IMG/VR virus record: IMGVR_UViG_2734482779_000005
Span: 1-42,026 of that record
Length of the DNA stretch: 42,026 nt
Strand: one strand, 5' to 3'
DNA from: a virus
Lineage: Duplodnaviria; Heunggongvirae; Uroviricota; Caudoviricetes
Each line of letters begins with the position of its first letter. Positions within the stretch are counted from its first letter, which is position 1. Below the pieces are notes generated by a model that saw only the letters and a program-made list of their open reading frames with translations, had not been told where the DNA came from and made no database searches. The position numbers and the translations under genes were made by a program. This document shows, piece by piece, positions 1 to 8,887 of this stretch.

Positions 1-708
1 ATGTGGGTCAATAAGTATATTGACGATTGCACTGATGAGGATTTAAACGATCGTGACTTTATTGCATCAGTTGTTGACCGGGCTATTTTTCATTTCGCGA
101 TTAATAGTATATGTAATCCTGGGGATAATAAAGATGCGACTCCCATTGAACAATGTACTTTTGATGTAGAAACTAAGAATGGCCTTCCCTCCACGGTTCA
201 GCTATTTTATGAGGAATCTAAGGATAATGAACCTTTAGCGAATATACATTTTCAAGCAATAGGTTCTGGTTTTTTAACGTTTGTTAATGCCTGCCAGGAA
301 CATGATGACAACAGCTTAAAATTATTTGCTTCGCTGTTAATTTCACTTTCATATTCTAGTGCCTACGCAGATTTATCAGAAACAGTGTATATTAATGAAA
401 ATAATGAGAGCTACCTGAAAGCTCAGTTTGAAAAATTATCTCAACGTGATATGAAGAAGTACCTGGGAGAGATGAAGCGTCTGGCTGATGGGGGAGAAAT
501 GAATTTTGATGGCTATCTGGATAAGATGTCACATCTGGTGAATGAAGGAACGCTCGATCCTGATATTTTAAGCAAAATGCGAGATGCTGCACCACAATTA
601 ATTAGCTTCGCGAAGTCGTTTGACCCAACCTCAAAGGAAGAGATTAAAATACTTACAGACACTTCTAAATTAATTTATGATTTGTTCGGGGTTAAATCGG
701 AGAAATAA
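1..708 (+). CDS. yjbM: Host-flank uncharacterized protein, YjbM-like (235 aa)
   Basis: Complete 235-aa ORF with ATG at position 1; length and position upstream of dusA match my recollection of E. coli yjbM; followed by a hairpin plus T-run. Identity is from memory, not a search. Confidence 0.45.
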   Translation: MWVNKYIDDCTDEDLNDRDFIASVVDRAIFHFAINSICNPGDNKDATPIEQCTFDVETKNGLPSTVQLFYEESKDNEPLANIHFQAIGSGFLTFVNACQEHDDNSLKLFASLLISLSYSSAYADLSETVYINENNESYLKAQFEKLSQRDMKKYLGEMKRLADGGEMNFDGYLDKMSHLVNEGTLDPDILSKMRDAAPQLISFAKSFDPTSKEEIKILTDTSKLIYDLFGVKSEK

Positions 709-749
709 TATGTGAAGTTCTTCGATAGTATGGAAGGCATTATATAAAA

Positions 750-778
750 GGACCCAATATTTATTGGGTTCTTTTTTC
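750..778 (+). terminator. Rho-independent terminator downstream of the yjbM-like gene
   Basis: Hairpin gacccaat/attgggtt (751-770) followed by tttttt (771-776). Confidence 0.5.
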
Positions 779-1070
779 TCTATCAATGCTATTAGCAGGG
801 AGATATATCACCAGAGTTTAATGTGTGATTTTTTATTTATCGTCGAACCTGGATTGTTTATCATTGGCCTTAACAAAGTTAACGGCTAATAAGATTATTT
901 CCATCACTTCGTGAGAGCTTCATGCCTTGAGAGGATCTCAATTTTCTTTTGCAATGAGACAGGCGCTTCCTGTTGTTATGGTATAGTACCCCGCTATTGA
1001 GCCTCCTGAACAGTGAAGCTGAATAACATAACCCCATGATATATTGATAAAATAATCTCTACATTTGAAA

Positions 1071-1193
1071 ATGCACGGTAATTCTGAAATGCAAAAAATC
1101 AACCAAACCAGCGCAATGCCTGAAAAAACTGACGTTCACTGGAGTGGTCGGTTTAGCGTTGCACCAATGCTCGATAGGATGTACCGTTGTTGA
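1071..1193 (+). pseudogene. dusA: Displaced 5' fragment of dusA (attL side); 40 codons then stop
   Basis: atgcacggtaattctgaaatgcaaaaaatcaaccaaaccagc...atgcctgaaaaaactg...cggtttagc...atgctcga aligns at roughly 80% identity with the start of the intact dusA at 40613; the frame terminates at tga 1191-1193. Confidence 0.75.
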
Positions 1194-1318
1194 AAAACAA
1201 GCAGTTATACACTCTGTGGGAGCCTATTGGGAACCCGGCGTTTTCATTTCAAGGTGTAATCCATACGCGGCTTAAGAATGAGATATAATGCGACTTTTAG
1301 TGTTCCGCTTGAGAGGCC

Positions 1319-1855
1319 ATGATGCTTACCCTGGACGAGATAGGTCAATCAGTACGTAACAATATCCAGTTGATTATTGATCATGTCGGCTTACCTCTTG
1401 CTGTTGGTCCGCTCAGTGATGATGATTACAAGATTCTGTGTGGTGGCTATGGTGAGCTTGAATGGGACTATGCGTTAAGTACCTATGGCAACTCCAGAGA
1501 AAAGTATGAGTTCTGCATAAAACTTGTTCAGCAAGGTCGGGTTCAGGGAATACCATCAGGAGCAGCAATTTGTGTTTATGGGGTTGAAGAAAACATCTTT
1601 CGTATCCATATGATCGAAAGGTTTTCTAGAGAAGATGAATCTCACCCATTGAAAGGGCGCATGGTTTTACTCACTCTTATGAGTGCTTTTATATTTTGTA
1701 AAGCTGTTGAATGTAAAGTTGTCCACATTGTAGAGCCAGTACCAGAACTGGTGCAGTATTACGAGTCTTTTGGTTTCCGCATGGAACAGTGCGGTTATGT
1801 GATGTCGGCAGTCATTGATGAGCTGCAGGATATCTTTCTTAAATTTGCTCAGTAG
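1319..1855 (+). CDS. Hypothetical protein (178 aa), cargo gene next to attL
   Basis: ORF track; first gene inside the left prophage end; no family recognised; appears more AT-rich than phage core genes. Confidence 0.45.
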   Translation: MMLTLDEIGQSVRNNIQLIIDHVGLPLAVGPLSDDDYKILCGGYGELEWDYALSTYGNSREKYEFCIKLVQQGRVQGIPSGAAICVYGVEENIFRIHMIERFSREDESHPLKGRMVLLTLMSAFIFCKAVECKVVHIVEPVPELVQYYESFGFRMEQCGYVMSAVIDELQDIFLKFAQ

Positions 1856-2051
1856 GTATAGACGAGAAGGGTCTACAAATTGTAGGATACCCGTCCAGAT
1901 TACCTTAAAGGTACATCTATGGCAGTCGTTTTGTGCTTAAACTACTAAGAAACGATGTCACCAATCGACATGATCGATTGGCATAAGTTAGCGAAACAAG
2001 CTAGCTTTAAAGAAAGGGTTAGAGACGCCTTTACTGTCTCGGGAGTTTTCT

Positions 2052-2225
2052 ATGAAAGATCAAAAAGCAACCAAGCCACAGGTTAAGTTCGACACAATGA
2101 AAGCATTCGCAGGTATGGGTGCTGCTGTTGAAGTTCTGATGAAGGCTGCTCCTAATGCGTTCACTCACGCTACTGTCTCTGGTAAAGAGCAGCAGGGTAA
2201 GCTTCGTCGTCGCAAAGCAGCATGA
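2052..2225 (+). CDS. Small hypothetical protein (57 aa; MKDQKATKPQVKFDTMKAFAGMGAAVEVLMKAAPNAFTHATVSGKEQQGKLRRRKAA)
   Basis: Hand-translated ORF below the track threshold; GGGAG Shine-Dalgarno at 2041-2045; immediately followed by a strong terminator. Confidence 0.3.
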   Translation: MKDQKATKPQVKFDTMKAFAGMGAAVEVLMKAAPNAFTHATVSGKEQQGKLRRRKAA

Positions 2226-2244
2226 TCATAGCTGGTGCTTTTTG

Positions 2245-2270
2245 AAAACCCGCCTTCAGGCGGGTTTTTT
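2245..2270. terminator. Bidirectional rho-independent terminator
   Basis: aaaacccgcc-ttca-ggcgggtttttt: GC-rich stem with A-run on one side and T-run on the other; sits between convergent genes. Confidence 0.7.
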
Positions 2271-2272
2271 CT

Positions 2273-2554
2273 TTAGTGATGTTCTTTGTCCTTCTGTTTG
2301 ACTGTTCTGACCTGTTCCCACTCGATACGTCCTTCTTCTCGCCTTTTGTCTATGTATTCCGCAAGATCTTGAATATTGATGCAACGTTTTGCTTTTTGTG
2401 ATGTGCCGATGCGATATGTTGGAACGGGCAACTTACAAGCGTTTGCTTTTGCTTCTGCCGTGGCTGGACTCATACCAAAGTACTTTTGGCTAACTGCTGA
2501 GAGTTCAATGTTTGGGGTATTGAATTCAGCCATCAGTAAAAACAAGGTGTTCAT
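2273..2554 (-). CDS. PrtN-like (pyocin-activator family) phage transcriptional regulator
   Basis: N-terminus MNTLFLLMAEF... resembles the PrtN family as I recall it; start chosen at the ATG preceded by GGAGA (track ORF extends to 2581 with a GTG). Confidence 0.45.
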   Translation of the reverse strand: MNTLFLLMAEFNTPNIELSAVSQKYFGMSPATAEAKANACKLPVPTYRIGTSQKAKRCINIQDLAEYIDKRREEGRIEWEQVRTVKQKDKEHH

Positions 2555-2590
2555 AATTTTCTCCATCAAAACCGGCTGCACCCGGGAAAA

Positions 2591-3166
2591 TCATAATTCT
2601 GTGCTGGTGGCAGGAATTAATTTCTGCCAGATAGCGGAAACATATTTTGCCTGATGACGGGCATCAGCCAGGGCGTTGTGCCGTTCGCCATCGAAAGGCA
2701 TGTCCATTTTGGGGTCGAATCCGATGGAACGCCCAAGCGTAACGATCGTGCGTACATCGTGGTCATTCCAGTACGCCCACGGGCAGATTTGTCCTGCTCG
2801 CTCGTAAGCTCCACGTAAAATTACGTTGTCGAAGGTGGCCCCGTTACCCCAGACTTTTAAATATTTTATATTGTCTGCATGCTGATTAATGAAATGACTC
2901 AATTCAGAGAGTGCATCGCTGATCGATAAAGTATCATCAATACAGATTGCAGCTCGTGCTTCAGGGCTCTGTTTCAACCACCACAGGATGGTATCGCCGT
3001 CAGGTGTAGCTCCTTGCTTCATAGCACTGTCCAGGCTGACAACCGCATAGAATTCTTGTCCGATGTCACCGGTTTCTGGGGTAAAGAACACCGCGCCAAT
3101 GGAAACGATCGGTGCATCCTTATTTTTCCCCATCGTCTCAAGGTCGATCATTAAGTTGTTCATCAC
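2591..3166 (-). CDS. DEDD-type 3'-5' exonuclease (DnaQ-like, phage)
   Basis: MIDLETMG (Exo I motif) and HNALADA (Exo III motif) in a 191-aa protein. Confidence 0.7.
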   Translation of the reverse strand: MMNNLMIDLETMGKNKDAPIVSIGAVFFTPETGDIGQEFYAVVSLDSAMKQGATPDGDTILWWLKQSPEARAAICIDDTLSISDALSELSHFINQHADNIKYLKVWGNGATFDNVILRGAYERAGQICPWAYWNDHDVRTIVTLGRSIGFDPKMDMPFDGERHNALADARHQAKYVSAIWQKLIPATSTEL

Positions 3167-4104
3167 TTCACCTCTTGTGATGGTTTTGCTGCAAAATACT
3201 CGATACCTTTATCCCAGATAGATTTTATGGTCGTCCACGTGACTGGTACTTTAATTTCAATTCGTCCGCTCCCGTCACAGGTATCGCAATCATCATCGCC
3301 AAAGCATTCCGGGCAGCTTATAAACGTAGTTTCTGAAAATTCACCGGATAGCACACCCTTAGCGCCGTTCTCAGCGGTTAGTTTCTTCGGCACTATAACC
3401 CAACCATCCGGAGTTACCGGAGAGTTGCCATTTATATCGAAGTTTGGCTCTGCGTCCTGAACCAGGAGGATGTAACCATTCTTGGCAGTATCAAGTTCTA
3501 ACGCCTCGGTGACGGTGCCGAAATAGCGATTACCTAAATCAGCATCACAAGTGCTTACATCAATGGAAACTTCCATGCCTTCGATTAATTCTGGCAAGTT
3601 GTAAGTTTGGCTTACAGGTTGGCTACCCTGAAGCATGGCAGCGTGGCAGGCTTCATCAACCATAGCTTCTACGTTTTCGAGAAGTACGTAACTGTACTGC
3701 TGCCCACTAACCCATTCTTTTCTGCGAGGTAATGCGCGTGGGTCCGCTACAATGGTTCGCAAACGTTCCAGAACAGCAGGCACTACCGGCTCTACTGCCA
3801 ACTGACTGGCATATTTGTTAATGGTAACGATAAGCTCTTGCTCGGCCTCATCCAGACAATCACCGATACCTCGCCTGTCACCGTCAAAATCATCGAAATC
3901 GGCACGAATCCTGGCAACCTCCCGGATTGCGGACAACACTTCACCAGGAATAAGCGGAGAGTTGCCCGATAGTGCATTTTGCTCCAGTGATGCCAGTGCA
4001 ATCCGTGCCAGCTCACGAATCTCACCGCCGTCTATATCGTCAATGTCATCACGGCCAGAAATGTTAGCCAGCCATTGCAGTCGCTCTTTGGTAATAGTGG
4101 TCAT
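3163..4104 (-). CDS. Hypothetical phage protein with C-terminal CxxC...CxxCxGxG zinc-ribbon
   Basis: 313-aa ORF; C-terminal CPECFGDDDCDTCDGSGRI resembles a DnaJ-type zinc finger; translationally coupled (atga overlap) to the exonuclease gene. Confidence 0.45.
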   Translation of the reverse strand: MTTITKERLQWLANISGRDDIDDIDGGEIRELARIALASLEQNALSGNSPLIPGEVLSAIREVARIRADFDDFDGDRRGIGDCLDEAEQELIVTINKYASQLAVEPVVPAVLERLRTIVADPRALPRRKEWVSGQQYSYVLLENVEAMVDEACHAAMLQGSQPVSQTYNLPELIEGMEVSIDVSTCDADLGNRYFGTVTEALELDTAKNGYILLVQDAEPNFDINGNSPVTPDGWVIVPKKLTAENGAKGVLSGEFSETTFISCPECFGDDDCDTCDGSGRIEIKVPVTWTTIKSIWDKGIEYFAAKPSQEVK

Positions 4105-4114
4105 GTGTTACTCC

Positions 4115-4378
4115 TTAACCCGCTGTGCTTTCAACTGACGAGGGGAACAAAATCTTTTCTTCAAATCCGGCATTCATATCATGGACAGCAACACACCAAT
4201 CCATTGACGAACGATTATCAAGAGCCTCCATGATTTCATCCATGCGGCATAGGTCATACAGGTAAATGTTTTTATCGCCAATGGTGTAAAAACCAATTTT
4301 TTTCGGTGACGGGCAGCGATCAAGAACGTTCTGTAATTCGCTCAACCATGCCTGTTCCTTTTTTGTCAAAGTTGCCAT
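4115..4378 (-). CDS. Hypothetical phage protein
   Basis: ORF track; start moved to the internal Met (MATLTKKEQ...) that abuts the upstream gene stop. Confidence 0.35.
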   Translation of the reverse strand: MATLTKKEQAWLSELQNVLDRCPSPKKIGFYTIGDKNIYLYDLCRMDEIMEALDNRSSMDWCVAVHDMNAGFEEKILFPSSVESTAG

Positions 4379-4379
4379 A

Positions 4380-4787
4380 TCACTCTCCTTTGATGCGAAT
4401 GCCAGTAGCGCGGATTGCATCGATGACTTCAGAAACTTTGTATGCCATTACCGTTTGGTAATCATCGTGAAAATCTGTTCGATGAAGCATGCTGCTACGT
4501 TCCGGGAGCAGTATTTCCCGCTCCTCCAGTTCTGCTATGCGCTTTTTTGCTGCTTCCAGTTCATCCAGTAATTCCAGCACGGTAGCCGGATTAGCCTTGG
4601 CAACAAAATCCCGGACTGGCTTACAATCAATCTCCGCAATGGGTTGATACGATGTGTAGCCATGCTGTCTTGTATAACTACCGTGACGAATAACGAAAAA
4701 ATCACCATTTATTTTTTTAGCCTGCCACTTATCTTCACCGGCTTTCTCTGCCGCCTCACGCAGTGCCTGATAGTCAATCTTGCTCAC
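4380..4787 (-). CDS. Ead/Ea22-like family protein
   Basis: N-terminus MSKIDYQALREAAEKA... is characteristic of enterobacterial prophage Ead/Ea22-like proteins (recollection); coiled-coil-like middle. Confidence 0.5.
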   Translation of the reverse strand: MSKIDYQALREAAEKAGEDKWQAKKINGDFFVIRHGSYTRQHGYTSYQPIAEIDCKPVRDFVAKANPATVLELLDELEAAKKRIAELEEREILLPERSSMLHRTDFHDDYQTVMAYKVSEVIDAIRATGIRIKGE

Positions 4788-5296
4788 TGGTCGCCTCCTT
4801 TGCGAAGCTGGGCGGCGAACTCGTTAAGTGATATGTAGCAATCTCCAAATGTTAACGAACCGCTCGACTGCATATGCTCCATAGCCATCTCCACGCCATG
4901 CGCCCGGACTTCAGTCAGGAAAGCATCGGTGGCAGGCATATTTCCTGTTGCCTTCATGGCCTCCAAAATAACCAGAACGCCATCTCTCCCAACCACCTCA
5001 GCGATAACCTCGGTGTTGTCGCCAACAACATCGCAGAATGCCTGAACTGCCTTACGAGCCAGCTCATTCTCCGCCGCAAGCGCCGAAAACTTCTCGTGTG
5101 TCAACTTTACAGCTGCATCAGCCTGCTTAATTGACTCAATCGCTCTCTGCTGGTCTTCGGACAGAGCCGAAATCTTGGCCTCCGCTTCAGCAAATTTACG
5201 CACCAGATATTCAGCATCCGTTTCATTCACTTTCAGATCTCGCGGTACACATTTCCCGCGAAGAAATCCTTCCATTTCGAAAACATTCATGCGCAT
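4784..5296 (-). CDS. Hypothetical phage protein (coiled-coil, early-left operon)
   Basis: 170-aa ORF overlapping its neighbours by 4 nt; no confident family. Confidence 0.4.
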   Translation of the reverse strand: MRMNVFEMEGFLRGKCVPRDLKVNETDAEYLVRKFAEAEAKISALSEDQQRAIESIKQADAAVKLTHEKFSALAAENELARKAVQAFCDVVGDNTEVIAEVVGRDGVLVILEAMKATGNMPATDAFLTEVRAHGVEMAMEHMQSSGSLTFGDCYISLNEFAAQLRKGGDQ

Positions 5297-5823
5297 TTGC
5301 GTAACTCCGATAATTCGTTAAAGCGTTCCATAAACATCCCGTAGGCATGGCCTGGAGCCAGTGGAATCACGTTGAACATCTCTGTTGCCGGGATACCTTC
5401 CAGTACAGGCCAGAAAGAGCCATCATCAAGCCCGAGATCGCGGCGTTCGGTTGCCAGCATGATGAGATCGGCATATTTCACAGGCGTGCTCATAACCTGG
5501 GGTAACCCGTATTTCTCACGGATTACGGCATCTATTTTTTCTTCCATCCGTTTATAGTCAGGAAGAAGGCGTTTCAGTGGAGCGGGGATGTCCTGGCAAT
5601 ATGCTTCTGTTGCATCATGCATTAACGCTTCAAAAGCAAATTCCTGCGGTACCAGCTGGCTGCAAAGCACCGCATGCTGGGCGACGCTGTAGAAGTGTGA
5701 AAGATGTCCTGCAAAGCGACAGATATTTGAAAGGGAAACTGCGATATCGTTAATCACGATGTCGTCTTTATTTATCTTGTCATAATAAAAATGCTTCCCG
5801 GAAAAAGTTTTAATAAATGACAT
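5287..5823 (-). CDS. yfdR: HD-domain 5'-deoxynucleotidase, YfdR-like
   Basis: HD-domain His/Asp motifs (HLSHFYSVAQHAV ... HDATEAY); 178 aa from MSFIKTF..., matching the CPS-53 prophage YfdR size and N-terminus as I recall. Confidence 0.65.
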   Translation of the reverse strand: MSFIKTFSGKHFYYDKINKDDIVINDIAVSLSNICRFAGHLSHFYSVAQHAVLCSQLVPQEFAFEALMHDATEAYCQDIPAPLKRLLPDYKRMEEKIDAVIREKYGLPQVMSTPVKYADLIMLATERRDLGLDDGSFWPVLEGIPATEMFNVIPLAPGHAYGMFMERFNELSELRKCA

Positions 5824-5951
5824 TTCGTTCTCCACTTTATATGCGCTGCACCGCGCTGAATTCTGCTAAAAGGAAGCTCTCACCATCCGGTGATTATTGA
5901 GTTAATTACGTTTCCATAAATGCCCCCGCAGGGGCATTTGCAGTAATGAAA

Positions 5952-6776
5952 TCAGGCGGTGAAAGTACCAATAAAGGTTTCTACTTTGCTGTCTTTGAAT
6001 TTCTCAACAAGCAGATCACGAAATTCGTTAGCCATTTCTTCCTGCATCGCTTCCAGCTGAATAATGCGCAGAACCAGTACAGGACGATCGCCAGTGATAA
6101 TGCTGAGGCGTAATTTAAACGGACGTTCTTTCAGACCTTCAAACGGAACGCATTTAAATTCAAATGCCACTGGCATAATGTCTTTGGTCTTCGCTTCGAC
6201 AGACTCCATCAGGGAGCGTTTGCCGCTGAAGTCATTATCTTCAAAATCAGCGGTCTGGTTTGCTTCAATCGTGATTTTACGGACAGCCGCAGCCGCTTTT
6301 GTTGCCTGAATAGCGTCACCATTAGCATCAAAGCCTACAAGGTAGTCGGCCCAGTCTTCAATCCATTCTGCCAGTGACTTCTGGGAGTTACGCTCGCCGT
6401 TAACAGACAACAGAGCAGAGAACGGTGCTGTCTTTTTCAGTTTGAGAGTGGCGGTGTTATCTGCGTGACCTGGTTCATCAATAGTACCCAGGTTAAGCAC
6501 ACTGACGGCACGCATATTATCAGCATCGATAAAGCAGCGGGTGCCTTCATCTGCAAGATCTTTAGAATAACGGGTAAAATCATCGATGCTGGCAGTGGAA
6601 AGCGCGCCACGGAAACGGAAGCGATTTAAATTAAATTTTTCCAGATCATGAATGCGGAAATTCTCAGGCAATGCCACAGCATCGGCACCAATCTTACTGA
6701 TAATTTCATTAACACCCTGAGCAGAAATAAGGGCATGGATTTGATTAATTGCGGTTGCGTCTAAGTTCTGAGACAT
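5952..6776 (-). CDS. yfdQ: YfdQ-like prophage protein (274 aa)
   Basis: Size and position next to yfdR-like and yfdP-like genes match the CPS-53 yfdPQR arrangement (recollection). Confidence 0.5.
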   Translation of the reverse strand: MSQNLDATAINQIHALISAQGVNEIISKIGADAVALPENFRIHDLEKFNLNRFRFRGALSTASIDDFTRYSKDLADEGTRCFIDADNMRAVSVLNLGTIDEPGHADNTATLKLKKTAPFSALLSVNGERNSQKSLAEWIEDWADYLVGFDANGDAIQATKAAAAVRKITIEANQTADFEDNDFSGKRSLMESVEAKTKDIMPVAFEFKCVPFEGLKERPFKLRLSIITGDRPVLVLRIIQLEAMQEEMANEFRDLLVEKFKDSKVETFIGTFTA

Positions 6777-6841
6777 AATAAGTCCTCACTATATAAAGAT
6801 ATTCAGTGATGAGATAAATAATCAGTTTATTACGAACGATA

Positions 6842-7204
6842 TTAACGACCTGCTGCGCGGAGTTTTCCGTCAGGTTCACCGGCAAGAGTCAGTAATTGTC
6901 CCTGGTCTTCCTGCAGAATAGTCAGGCGACCACCGCGATTGACATACATCGGCGTTTCGGTGGTGTCTTCTTCGGAAATTTTCCCGCGGTTAGTTGGGCG
7001 AACATATGAGAGTTTGTGTTTGATTTTCACACTGTTCTCATCAAACGGTTCGATTTCCAGATTGAGTGAGACCTTCCCTTTGGTTTTCGTGTTCATCACA
7101 CCGGAAGCGACCTCACTGAGAACTGCGCCGATTTTGGTTTCAAATACGCCGCCGTCCAGCTCCCCGATAAATGCCTGCACATCAGTACTGCGTTCGCTAG
7201 CCAT
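6842..7204 (-). CDS. yfdP: YfdP-like prophage protein (about 120 aa)
   Basis: Track ORF runs to 7390, but the ATG at 7204 is preceded by GAGGAG and gives the expected ~120-aa product starting MASERSTDV. Confidence 0.45.
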   Translation of the reverse strand: MASERSTDVQAFIGELDGGVFETKIGAVLSEVASGVMNTKTKGKVSLNLEIEPFDENSVKIKHKLSYVRPTNRGKISEEDTTETPMYVNRGGRLTILQEDQGQLLTLAGEPDGKLRAAGR

Positions 7205-7252
7205 TTTGCTGCTCCTCATCATATCGACCCTGCAAGGTCGGTTGGTTTCTCC

Positions 7253-7341
7253 ACAAAACAGAGAAGAACACCTGCGGTGGCAGCCGCCCGGATGGATTGG
7301 GTTATGAGCCCGTCGTCCGGTGATGTTCTTCTCTGTTTTGT
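7253..7341. repeat. Long inverted repeat (18-bp perfect arms acaaaacagagaagaaca / tgttcttctctgttttgt, 46-nt loop) in a noncoding leader
   Basis: Read directly: arms at 7253-7270 and 7324-7341, extended by cc/gg with a 3-nt bulge. Confidence 0.6.
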
Positions 7342-7852
7342 AAAAAGAGCGGTACCAGCCGGAAGCAAGTGTACAAACTGGTACCGCCAAAGCAGTGGCT
7401 GTTGTGGTGACCGGTGCTGATCTCCGGCTTGCGGTTATTTCAGACTCTCACGGGCGTTTAATTGCCCCGCCGAACAGCTCTTTTCCGCAATAGCTGCAAT
7501 GTCTTTCGCGCATCAGCCTGCGCCTTCACCACAACGCTGAGAGCACTTAGCCAGTTACGGCACCACACTTTGTCGCGGCTCCATAAATGCCCTCATCGTT
7601 GCACCCTGGTCTCTTCCCAGGCGTCAAACCGGATCGCCACGCTGGTTAGGCGTCTTATCAGCATCATCATTGGCTTGCACATTCCGGCTACCTGGTTTGT
7701 TTGCCCGAGCAAGGAGTGGATTGTCCCCTTTAACGTCCCCAGACCGCTAACGACGCATGTGCCATACGCCGTGTTACAACCAAATTTTGTTTAATCTTGC
7801 CTGTGACATGTTTCTTTTAGATACATTATGTATCTCAAGGGTACATTGTCAA

Positions 7853-7878
7853 GTATAAAAAAACCTGCCGAAGCAGGT
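7853..7878 (-). terminator. Rho-independent terminator downstream of the repressor gene
   Basis: Minus-strand hairpin acctgc-ttcg-gcaggt followed by a U-run (plus-strand aaaaaaa at 7857-7863). Confidence 0.6.
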
Positions 7879-7890
7879 TATAAATATTGA

Positions 7891-8565
7891 TTAGGCCTTT
7901 ATTTTGTATCTTCTTGGTTTTCCTGAGAAAATTACTGTACCAATTATAGAGCAATTACCGTTGATCTTAATGTAAGGTTCAGGCCAGTTTGGGTTTAATG
8001 CTTTGAGGTAACGCTGTGTTCCATCTTCTATCAACCGCTTAAAGGTGGTTTCGCCTGTATCGTGCATCAATGCAATAACGTCGTCACCGTGGCAGGCAGG
8101 GACTTCAGGATCTACAAAAATCATGTCTCCCGGGCGGTACTCATCAATCATTGAATCACCAATCACCCGCAAGATATAAGTCATTTCGCCACAGGGTACA
8201 GGGCAGGGATAAGTTTCTGCTGTGCTCAAATCAACCTCAGAATAGCCAACTTCTTTCCATGCTCCGGCCTGTACCCATGATATGACAGGGACTAACGTTA
8301 TTTGTTTGTTAGTAATTGAAACATCAGGTTTTTTTGTGATGTTTGTTGTCTGGTGTTCTTGATCAAGCCATCCGACAGGCAGGTCGAAACATTTTTCGAT
8401 GTGCCGTGCCATGCTGTCACCGATATTTTTAGTAGCACCATCTCCCATAAACCTGCTGGTCTGGGTTGGCTCGCGATCAATCATGGTGGCAAAGGAAGAA
8501 TTCCCGCCAACACCATCTCTCAGTTTTCTGGCGTTAGACCGCCGGATGTCATGGACTGTTTTCAT
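7891..8565 (-). CDS. cI: CI-like prophage repressor (HTH N-domain plus S24/LexA-like autoproteolytic C-domain)
   Basis: 224 aa; C-terminal region (…LRVIGDSMIDEY…GDMIFVDPEVPACHGDDVIAL…) has the Ser/Lys peptidase S24 architecture; divergent from a Cro-like gene across an operator-bearing intergenic region. Confidence 0.8.
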   Translation of the reverse strand: MKTVHDIRRSNARKLRDGVGGNSSFATMIDREPTQTSRFMGDGATKNIGDSMARHIEKCFDLPVGWLDQEHQTTNITKKPDVSITNKQITLVPVISWVQAGAWKEVGYSEVDLSTAETYPCPVPCGEMTYILRVIGDSMIDEYRPGDMIFVDPEVPACHGDDVIALMHDTGETTFKRLIEDGTQRYLKALNPNWPEPYIKINGNCSIIGTVIFSGKPRRYKIKA

Positions 8566-8581
8566 AACGAAATTAAAACCT

Positions 8582-8600
8582 TTGTACCGATAGGGTACAA
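8582..8600. promoter_or_regulatory. Candidate OR operator: perfect 19-bp palindrome TTGTACCGATAGGGTACAA
   Basis: Read directly in the 90-bp cI/cro divergent intergenic region; further partial palindromes (tacatattgta) lie next to the cro-like start. Confidence 0.55.
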
Positions 8601-8655
8601 GTATCTTGAGGGTTCATCTTAATCATGTAATATGTATATCGGAGGTACATATTGT

Positions 8656-8856
8656 ATGAAAGCGTATTGGGACTCTTTAACCAAAGAACAGCAGGGCGAG
8701 TTGGCCGGAAAAGTTGGCTCAACACCAGGCTACTTACGGCTGGTTTTCAATGGTTATAAAAAAGCCAGTTTTGTGCTGGCTAAAAAACTTGAGCAATGCA
8801 CGTCAGGTGCAATTACGAAATCTGACTTAAGACCGGATATCTATCCGAAAGATTAA
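8656..8856 (+). CDS. Cro/YdaS-like small HTH regulator
   Basis: 66 aa from the ATG at 8656 with GGAGG 10 nt upstream; divergent from cI; …SLTKEQQGELAGKVGSTPGYL… is HTH-like. Confidence 0.6.
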   Translation: MKAYWDSLTKEQQGELAGKVGSTPGYLRLVFNGYKKASFVLAKKLEQCTSGAITKSDLRPDIYPKD

Positions 8857-8887
8857 CAGAACACCTTCAATTTTTAACCACAGAACG

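Noticed and set aside
7253-7341. Retron msr/msd-like ncRNA suggested by the long inverted repeat
   Set aside because: No reverse-transcriptase gene anywhere in the window; kept only as a structured-leader hypothesis.
7462-7794. 110-aa plus-strand ORF in the cI-proximal noncoding region
   Set aside because: Arg/Cys/His-rich, low-complexity translation, no RBS, and wrong strand for the early-left operon; treated as noncoding leader.
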